A model generated the notes under the pieces. It was not told the DNA's origin. It saw only the letters and a list, made by a program, of their open reading frames with translations, and ran no database searches. Below are positions 58,036 through 64,000 of a stretch of DNA of 64,000 bases, one piece after another (within the stretch, counting starts at the first letter, position 1; each line of letters opens with the position of its first letter). The stretch lies in sequence record PV037056.1; one strand, written 5' to 3'. The DNA comes from Staphylococcus phage Fi4S2. The position numbers and the translations under genes were made by a program.

Positions 58036-58319
58036 TGAAAGAAGAACTTGTACAAAAACTAAATGATAAAGTAGCACAACTCAAGGAAGAAAGAATGGAG
58101 TATGCTAAGACTCATGCACAGTGTGAAGAAGAACTCCGTAGCTTAAAAAGTGAACTAGAGCAATTACTTCAAGACTATAATGGAGCAGTTACACTATTAA
58201 ATGGTTCTGTGTACAGTGTCGAGAAGATTGATGAGGAGCTTGAAGCTTACAATCAAACTACTGGAAGACCTTTATATAGAAAACCACGCTTAGAGTTATC
58301 AGTTAAAAAAGGTCATTAA
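58035..58319 (+). CDS. hypothetical coiled-coil protein
   Basis: 94 aa; RBS AAGGAGG. Confidence 0.5.
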   Translation: MKEELVQKLNDKVAQLKEERMEYAKTHAQCEEELRSLKSELEQLLQDYNGAVTLLNGSVYSVEKIDEELEAYNQTTGRPLYRKPRLELSVKKGH

Positions 58320-58339
58320 AAAAAAATATCCGCTTCTTG

Positions 58340-58368
58340 TTGACAGCTTGAAGCGGGCATGATATACT
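58340..58368 (+). promoter_or_regulatory. sigma-A-like promoter embedded in a CCGCTTC/GAAGCGG hairpin
   Basis: TTGACA - 17 nt - TATACT. Confidence 0.55.
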
Positions 58369-58397
58369 AAGTATATAATCAATTAGGAGGAGATATT

Positions 58398-58643
58398 ATG
58401 AGTAACGTATTTGCACAAGAACAATTTATTGACCGTTTAGAACAAGAAGGATTAGAAGTAGTTGAGGAAGATGGTTATTACACAGTAGAAGATGTAGAAG
58501 GTCATGTTATTACTATAGAGTTTAAAGATGGCACAGTATTAGTCATGGATAATGAAGTAACAGAGACAGCTTACAACGTTGAACAAATCTACTTAGCGTT
58601 CTATGCAGTGTTAGACGCACTGGATTATGAATTTGATGAATAA
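58398..58643 (+). CDS. hypothetical acidic protein
   Basis: 81 aa; RBS AGGAGG. Confidence 0.5.
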   Translation: MSNVFAQEQFIDRLEQEGLEVVEEDGYYTVEDVEGHVITIEFKDGTVLVMDNEVTETAYNVEQIYLAFYAVLDALDYEFDE

Positions 58644-58648
58644 AGTTC

Positions 58649-58677
58649 TTGACACCACTCAAGGACTTTAGTATAAT
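58649..58677 (+). promoter_or_regulatory. consensus sigma-A promoter
   Basis: TTGACA - 17 nt - TATAAT. Confidence 0.65.
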
Positions 58678-58707
58678 AGTATTATAACCAGTTAGGAGGT
58701 ATTAGTT

Positions 58708-58782
58708 ATGACTAGAGAACAAATGGAAATGGAACAAGCTAGACAAGATTATGTAACTGCAAAAACAATCAGAAACTTTTAA
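58708..58782 (+). CDS. 24-aa mini-ORF (not in track) with strong RBS
   Basis: AGGAGG followed 8 nt later by ATG; MTREQMEMEQARQDYVTAKTIRNF. It lies between two consensus promoters. Confidence 0.25.
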   Translation: MTREQMEMEQARQDYVTAKTIRNF

Positions 58783-58790
58783 TTATAGTT

Positions 58791-58819
58791 CTTGACACTA
58801 CTCAAGAAATATAGTATAC
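58791..58819 (+). promoter_or_regulatory. sigma-A-like promoter
   Basis: TTGACA - 17 nt - TATACT. Confidence 0.6.
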
Positions 58820-58851
58820 TAGTATTACAAACCAATTAGGAGGAGTTAGTT

Positions 58852-59250
58852 ATGAACAAAGAACAAATCATTAAAGATATATTGGAGAGAATGGAAGATA
58901 AGGGAATTTCACTTGAGAACTTATCCTTTGATGGAGACTACAAGATTACTATAAATGATTTAGCTATAGAGTTTACGTATAGTGGAGACCAAGCAACTAT
59001 CTTCTATGATGGAGGCAGTAAACGTGTAGGATTCCTAGAGGAGGTAGCAGGAGAGGTAGTAGCATTACTACCTGTAGAAGAATGGGAAGCGGGTCAGTTA
59101 GTCAGAAAGCTAAATCATACTAGAGTATTAGTTATATCATCGTGGGACTCTGATAGTTTTAACCTACTCGATGATGAGGCATATAAACTAGAGTATCAGT
59201 ACCCATACACTACAGCAGAATTAAAAGAGATGGGATGGGAGAGAGCATAA
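58852..59250 (+). CDS. hypothetical protein
   Basis: 132 aa; RBS AGGAGG. Confidence 0.5.
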   Translation: MNKEQIIKDILERMEDKGISLENLSFDGDYKITINDLAIEFTYSGDQATIFYDGGSKRVGFLEEVAGEVVALLPVEEWEAGQLVRKLNHTRVLVISSWDSDSFNLLDDEAYKLEYQYPYTTAELKEMGWERA

Positions 59251-59669
59251 TGAAATTACTAAAACAGCTTGTACAAGTACTGGATGAGAGAGGTATTCAA
59301 ATAAAGAACTTAAATGTAGACGATGTGATTAATGGAGAGTACGGAATTGAAATCAACAAAGAAATCACTATTGTCCATAGAGAAGGTTTGTATTATGCGC
59401 TATATACAGAAGATGCTAGCTTAGAGGAGACATATTACAGTTCTCTAACAGAAGCACTAGAAGTAGTAGCTGACTATTTAAGTAGAGTAAAGGAAGGCTC
59501 TATCGTAAAATCTTTTCTTGGCGTATTCACATATAAAGTTATCAAACACAACAGTAAAGATTTGTATAACTTACTAAATGTAGATGACAACACCCTATTA
59601 TATACAGAGTGTGAAAGTATGGACTCTATTCAAGACAAGATTAACAGAGGTCAGTTTTATGCAGAATAG
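59235..59669 (+). CDS. hypothetical protein
   Basis: 144 aa. Confidence 0.5.
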   Translation: MGESIMKLLKQLVQVLDERGIQIKNLNVDDVINGEYGIEINKEITIVHREGLYYALYTEDASLEETYYSSLTEALEVVADYLSRVKEGSIVKSFLGVFTYKVIKHNSKDLYNLLNVDDNTLLYTECESMDSIQDKINRGQFYAE

Positions 59670-59847
59670 TAAATGGTACGCACTATGTGAATATAAAGGT
59701 AAAGGGAAGAATAAAAAGCCTTATCAGATACAGGCCTCTACAAGTAAAGAAAAGCTTTTAGATAGAAAGGATAGCTTAGCTTTAGAGTATCCTGATAGAG
59801 AGTATGCAATAAAGTTAACGACAACCTTTGACAAAGAGAGAAAGTGA
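59659..59847 (+). CDS. hypothetical basic protein
   Basis: AGAGG RBS precedes the ATG at 59659 (MQNSKWYAL...). The upstream part of the 59584 ORF overlaps the previous gene. Confidence 0.4.
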   Translation: MQNSKWYALCEYKGKGKNKKPYQIQASTSKEKLLDRKDSLALEYPDREYAIKLTTTFDKERK

Positions 59848-59872
59848 AGCGGGCTTAATCCGCTTCTCTTAC
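59846..59872 (+). terminator. intrinsic terminator-like hairpin
   Basis: GAAGCGG-GCTTAAT-CCGCTTC followed by TCTT. Confidence 0.5.
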
Positions 59873-59976
59873 TTAGAGTATATAAGTAATTGTATATTGT
59901 AAGTAGGAGTGATGACCCTACTAGATTAAATGTTGCATATAGCCTTCTGTTTATACAGAGGGTTTTTTATTTAAAT

Positions 59977-60005
59977 GTTGACATACTATAACCAGTGTGA
60001 TATAC
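59977..60005 (+). promoter_or_regulatory. sigma-A-like promoter
   Basis: TTGACA - 17 nt - TATACT. Confidence 0.6.
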
Positions 60006-60205
60006 TTAATACATAAGTTAATAGGAGGAGGGTAAGTAGTGAGAGACTTATTAAACTTACAAATTGCTTTTTATATCGTAGTATGGTTGTTAATGATGGG
60101 CTTATTCTACACATATTTATTCTTTTATTGCTGACCATTAAATAATTGTTGACATACCCTGAGTAATATGATAAAGTTAACACATAGTAAAGAGGAGGAA
60201 AAGTA

Positions 60206-60421
60206 ATGGATAAGAAAACCACTATTGTATATAAGGAAGAAGAAGATAAGACTTACATTACATCCAATGCCCCCAGGGATATGGTTAAGCTTTTGAACAC
60301 GTATCCTGAAGAGTATGTAGACTCTACAGATGAAGAAGAGTTAGGTGATGGTATTGTTAAAGTTAAAAGTATAGTGTTAACTATACCAGGAAGAGTATAC
60401 AATTTTGTTAAAGTTAAGTAG
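60206..60421 (+). CDS. hypothetical protein
   Basis: 71 aa; RBS GAGGAGG. Confidence 0.5.
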   Translation: MDKKTTIVYKEEEDKTYITSNAPRDMVKLLNTYPEEYVDSTDEEELGDGIVKVKSIVLTIPGRVYNFVKVK

Positions 60422-60442
60422 TTTATATGAGGAGGAAAAGTA

Positions 60443-60628
60443 ATGGAGAATAGCGACATTATCAATAACATACTAATGGAGTTTGACCATATAGACCAAG
60501 ATGAGCTAACTCATAAACAGCAAATGCTTCTAGATAGAGCAGAATCATTATTAGATGACTTATCATGGGAACTGCAAGAAGAGGAAGCGGTTGAGTTTAT
60601 GAAACAGTTTAAAGAGGAGGAAAAGTAA
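60443..60628 (+). CDS. hypothetical acidic protein
   Basis: 61 aa; RBS GAGGAGG. Confidence 0.5.
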   Translation: MENSDIINNILMEFDHIDQDELTHKQQMLLDRAESLLDDLSWELQEEEAVEFMKQFKEEEK

Positions 60629-62412
60629 TGAAACTATATTTAAACAGTAATATCATAAAAGGAACACCTGAAGAGTTAGTAACTTATCAAGAACTATTAA
60701 AGGAAAGAGGCCTAGATACTGAGAAGTCATTATTCAGTTTTGGACATATGCATCAACCAACTGAAGAGGAAGTCCAAGATACTTTCAAAGGCTTCTTTGG
60801 TTCATTGAAGCTAGATAAGTCATCTGTAGGTGCAACGGAAAGCTCTACAGAGGAAGAGGAAGAGGAAGATGATGAAGCGGACGTAGGAGAGTTCTATACA
60901 GTTGACGTAGAGAACAGCGCTCTACCAAGTGGAACCTTGTTAAAGAAAGTAGATAAGGATACGCATAAAGACTCTACAGGTCATGAATACCTATGTGTAG
61001 ATTCTAACGCACTATCGCATATTGATAAAAACTTATATCAACTAGAAGACCGCTTCAACTTTGCTACTCAGGTAGGTATTAGATTAACAGACACTACAGA
61101 CCTAGCACAAGCAACTGAAGGAGAGTATTTCAAAGTAACAAAAGGATACGCAGACTTAAGTGTAGGAGACATTGTTACTATTGTTAGGGATGACAGAGAT
61201 AATATGCCTCAGTGTAAGGATAAATATAGTAACTTCTATTATCTAGAGCTACACCACCTAGAACCTGTAGAAGATGATGAAGATGCGGAAGAAAATGTTG
61301 AAGAAGACTCCATGCACGATAAAGGAGCTTTCTATACAGTAACTGAGGAGGCTAGTGAATCACCATTGCCTGTAGGGGCTATTCTCCAACATCAACAAGG
61401 CAACCTATTCATTGACTCTAGAGGACAACAGTGTATCATCTCTAGACCATCTTTTGTAGATAGAGGTAGTACACATGAGTTTGATGATTCAATTAAACAA
61501 GACCGTTTTGAACTAGCTAAAGAATTAGGTATCCAGCTAACTTCAACTACAGACTTTGCTGTAGAAGCAAGTGATAGAACATTCCAACTTAAAGAAGATG
61601 AAATGTATTTAACTAAAGGAGACTTTGTTAAGATAGTTAGTGATGATAATGACCGCATACCTTTAGTACAAAGTATAGAAGACTCTGATAAAAAAGACTT
61701 TGTGTATATATCAACATTAGAACTGGTAGAAGATAACATAGAATCAATTCTAAGCTCTACAGATGAAGAGGAAAGTCCTTCTAGAGAACTTAAAGTAGGA
61801 GATAGAGTAAAAGTATTAAGAGCTCTAGGAGGAGCTAAAGGAGAAGCTACTGTAACTGCTGTACTAGAAGGTGGTAAGGTAGAGCTAGCAGGTAACAATA
61901 AAGAAGGTAGTTATCTATCTGATTGGAGTAACTATATCTCAAACGTAGAGAAGATAGAGGAAGAACTCTACGACTACTATGAAGTCTTAGACCCTGACTA
62001 CTTTGTTAGTAGTGTAGAGAAAGGAACTATCCTTAAAAGAACATCAAATCCCTACACTCAGTTTGATGATACCTTTATTAAGCTAGATACTTCTACAGGT
62101 ATAACTCAGAGTAGTTTATTAAAGGATAGTATTATTAAACCTGTTAAAGAAAACAAGTATACTAAAGACCGCTTTACCTTTGCTAAACAAGTAGGAGTTA
62201 ACCTTACAACAACTACAGACTTTTCAGTAGAGTGTGAAGGTCATCAGTTTGAAGTTTCAGAAGATAACGATGTAGCTAACTTTACACATGGAGAAGTGCT
62301 CACTATCCTTGAGGACGATGATTCCAATGCTATCTTTTTCCAAAACTCAGATGGTCTTGAACAGTTTGTATTATTAACAGACGTAAGAGAGATTGCTAGA
62401 CCAAGTAAATAA
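60628..62412 (+). CDS. large early-region protein built from three ~150-aa internal repeats
   Basis: 594 aa. Three modules share FYTV...DRF.FA.QVG..LT.TTD...E....F.....D.....G......D.D. Confidence 0.6.
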   Translation: MKLYLNSNIIKGTPEELVTYQELLKERGLDTEKSLFSFGHMHQPTEEEVQDTFKGFFGSLKLDKSSVGATESSTEEEEEEDDEADVGEFYTVDVENSALPSGTLLKKVDKDTHKDSTGHEYLCVDSNALSHIDKNLYQLEDRFNFATQVGIRLTDTTDLAQATEGEYFKVTKGYADLSVGDIVTIVRDDRDNMPQCKDKYSNFYYLELHHLEPVEDDEDAEENVEEDSMHDKGAFYTVTEEASESPLPVGAILQHQQGNLFIDSRGQQCIISRPSFVDRGSTHEFDDSIKQDRFELAKELGIQLTSTTDFAVEASDRTFQLKEDEMYLTKGDFVKIVSDDNDRIPLVQSIEDSDKKDFVYISTLELVEDNIESILSSTDEEESPSRELKVGDRVKVLRALGGAKGEATVTAVLEGGKVELAGNNKEGSYLSDWSNYISNVEKIEEELYDYYEVLDPDYFVSSVEKGTILKRTSNPYTQFDDTFIKLDTSTGITQSSLLKDSIIKPVKENKYTKDRFTFAKQVGVNLTTTTDFSVECEGHQFEVSEDNDVANFTHGEVLTILEDDDSNAIFFQNSDGLEQFVLLTDVREIARPSK

Positions 62413-62422
62413 AATAACACCT

Positions 62423-62457
62423 AACCGCTTCTAATAAAACTGAAGCGGTTCTTTTAT
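62423..62457. terminator. bidirectional intrinsic terminator between convergent genes
   Basis: AACCGCTTC-TAATAAAACT-GAAGCGGTT followed by CTTTTAT. Confidence 0.7.
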
Positions 62458-62474
62458 ATTTGAGTAACATAACC

Positions 62475-63008
62475 TTAGTTAAAGTAACTCTTCAGTAACT
62501 TGCTTAATTTTTTATTTGTTAAGTTAGATACAAGATGGGATAACAGCGGTATCTCTTTAGTACTTTGTATTATATAAGTGTAAGTGCTTTTCCTAGCGTC
62601 TACAAATATTAGTTCTATATTATGCTCTTTGCAATACCTTACTTTAAAGGAATCAGATTCTATAGAAGCGTAATACATTTCAGCACCTATACTACCTCTA
62701 CCTATAGAGTAATGCTGTTCTCCATTAACCTCTATAACTACAGGTTTATCTGAAAGTACTCCTTTTTGTATATAAAAGTCGAACTTTCTCATAGAGTCCT
62801 TTAATCTATGCTGGAATATGAAAGGAATGTCATTGTAGGCTAAAATAGAAGCCATTATCTTCTCAGGCTTACTATGTCTTTTAGCGGTATTAATATGACA
62901 CGTCTTTAGTATAGGTGGTTCCTTTACCTTTTTTAGTTGTCTTTGTCTAGTCTTTTGATTATGCTGTATAGCTTTTTTAAGTAACTCATCATGTTTTTTC
63001 TTATTCAT
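62475..63008 (-). CDS. free-standing PD-(D/E)xK (DUF559/Vsr-like) endonuclease
   Basis: KFDFYIQ...VIEVNGEQHY...D.RK...LIFV. It is in the same family as the C-terminus of the terL-intron ORF. An internal Met (MNKKKHDELL) carries the RBS ATAGGAGG. Confidence 0.65.
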   Translation of the reverse strand: MNKKKHDELLKKAIQHNQKTRQRQLKKVKEPPILKTCHINTAKRHSKPEKIMASILAYNDIPFIFQHRLKDSMRKFDFYIQKGVLSDKPVVIEVNGEQHYSIGRGSIGAEMYYASIESDSFKVRYCKEHNIELIFVDARKSTYTYIIQSTKEIPLLSHLVSNLTNKKLSKLLKSYFN

Positions 63009-63130
63009 AGTATAACCTCCTATGTACATTATACCATAAAACCACTTGTTTTCAATAGTAACAAAGTGTTTGACAGCCCCCACTATTATATGTTATCATT
63101 AGGTATAATCAATTTAAAGGAGGAACTATT

Positions 63131-63469
63131 ATGAGAATGGTTAGTATATATGAGTATTTCAAAGACAAGGAAGGACTACGATTGAGTGTAGGAGATAATA
63201 AAGAGGTACTGTTCGACTCAGTACGTCACCATGGTTCTGAAGAGGAGTTGGCTCTATACTTTAAATATAAGGAGTATCCAATAGTAATAAGAGTAGATAA
63301 ACCTCAAGCAGACTTAAGACTACGACTAGCTAAGCAGATAACAGGGTTACAAAAGGAGACCTTCACCCCTGTAGACAAACTAGACTCAACCTTATTAACC
63401 TACCTAGGTAAGTTTGCAGAAGAGATGGAAGAAAAAGTAGAGTATAAACTATTTGATTGGAGGGATTAG
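63131..63469 (+). CDS. hypothetical protein
   Basis: 112 aa; RBS AAGGAGG. Confidence 0.5.
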   Translation: MRMVSIYEYFKDKEGLRLSVGDNKEVLFDSVRHHGSEEELALYFKYKEYPIVIRVDKPQADLRLRLAKQITGLQKETFTPVDKLDSTLLTYLGKFAEEMEEKVEYKLFDWRD

Positions 63470-63471
63470 GA

Positions 63472-63573
63472 TGCTTACAATAGGTGCATTCTTTACAGGA
63501 AGCTTTGTAGTGTTAGTATTAGCAATTATGATAGCAGGACTAGTTACACTAGTAATGGATAACAAGAAGTAAA
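63472..63573 (+). CDS. 33-aa hydrophobic peptide (not in track)
   Basis: GGAGGG RBS; MLTIGAFFTGSFVVLVLAIMIAGLVTLV. Confidence 0.3.
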
Positions 63574-63595
63574 TAATAGAAGCGGAGGAGATATA

Positions 63596-63823
63596 ATGAG
63601 TTTAGTAACAGTAATAGTATTAACTGTAGTCATAGCCATACTGTTAGGCTTAATAGCAAGTAAACTAATATTGTGGTTTGTAGATGCCTGTCAGAGAGAT
63701 GAGAACAATATAACAGAGATTAGAGTAGTATTAACTCTATTAATAGTCAGCTTAGGAGTAGACCTAGCCTTTGCTGTTGATGGAGCAGTAAGAATACAAA
63801 ATAGAATCCTATACTTTTTGTAA
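63596..63823 (+). CDS. small membrane protein
   Basis: 75 aa, two TM segments; RBS GGAGGAG. Confidence 0.5.
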   Translation: MSLVTVIVLTVVIAILLGLIASKLILWFVDACQRDENNITEIRVVLTLLIVSLGVDLAFAVDGAVRIQNRILYFL

Positions 63824-63832
63824 ATAGAAGCG

Positions 63833-63859
63833 GAGACCTTTACGGTCTCTTTTTTTTTG
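63833..63859 (+). terminator. intrinsic terminator
   Basis: GAGACC-TTTAC-GGTCTC followed by T9. Confidence 0.75.
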
Positions 63860-64000
63860 ACTATAATAGCTTGACAAATAGTGGAAAGTATGCTTTATTG
63901 ACAAACTATTAATAATATGGTAGTGGTCAGAGGGGTAAAGGAGGATGAATAGTAGTGACATGGAGGCTGATAGATAGGGTCGAAGTCGGTTAGCGTGCTG

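Noticed and set aside
1-64000. tRNA or rRNA genes
   Set aside because: No cloverleaf-compatible stretches with a GTTCGA-like T-arm plus acceptor pairing were found by eye. The only GTTCAAAT hit (~1127) lies inside the group I intron core.
1-64000. Prophage or integrative element (integrase, att sites)
   Set aside because: No tyrosine or serine recombinase was recognised. The gene content is that of a virulent myovirus.

Overview
This is an AT-rich 64-kb segment of a large virulent Firmicutes myovirus of the Twort/SPO1-like (Herelleviridae-type) kind. The SH3b-containing lysins point to a Staphylococcus-type host. Three blocks are visible.

- **Replication block, + strand (1-10.2 kb):** an Mre11/SbcD-like nuclease split by an intron, a Rad50/SbcC-like ATPase, a DnaG-type primase, an Hjc-like resolvase, NrdI, and a 5' portion of nrdE.
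- **Morphogenesis and lysis block, - strand (11.3-29.1 kb):** tail tube, tail sheath, neck and head proteins, major capsid protein, scaffold-like acidic protein, prohead protease, portal, a holin-like membrane protein, and two SH3b lysins.
- **Terminase and early block, + strand (29.2-64 kb):** a split large terminase, then dozens of small early/host-takeover-type genes, each with its own sigma-A-like promoter, AGGAGG ribosome-binding site and intrinsic terminator. Recognisable products are a Ser/Thr phosphatase, RNase H, a ThyA-like enzyme, a dNMP kinase, MazG and an IsaA/SceD-like transglycosylase. A GC-richer, minus-strand island sits at 51.2-54.2 kb.

The window is riddled with self-splicing-intron and homing-endonuclease elements. 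A TnpB gene is embedded in a group I intron (IStron-like) in the nuclease gene. A GIY-YIG gene sits in an intron-like foldback element that ends nrdE. An HNH gene sits in the CHAP lysin intron. A Zn-finger plus PD-(D/E)xK gene sits in the TerL intron. There is a further HNH gene and a free-standing PD-(D/E)xK gene.

Features worth a second look:
- a 1.08-kb foldback element with a perfect 150-bp palindrome where nrdE and the tail-tube gene converge;
- a promoter-to-terminator locus of about 2.2 kb (34.1-36.4 kb) with almost no coding potential apart from an embedded HNH gene, which is a candidate large structured RNA;
- three MITE-like 122-bp elements with 12-bp terminal inverted repeats;
- an array of a dozen degenerate ~22-nt direct repeats at 55-56 kb;
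- a ThyA-family enzyme with an altered active-site context next to a dNMP kinase, with MazG nearby, which is a candidate nucleotide-modification pathway;
- a G-run-rich tract at 51.36-51.56 kb.

No tRNA, rRNA, CRISPR array or integrase was recognised. Hand-derived coordinates may be off by 1-3 nt.
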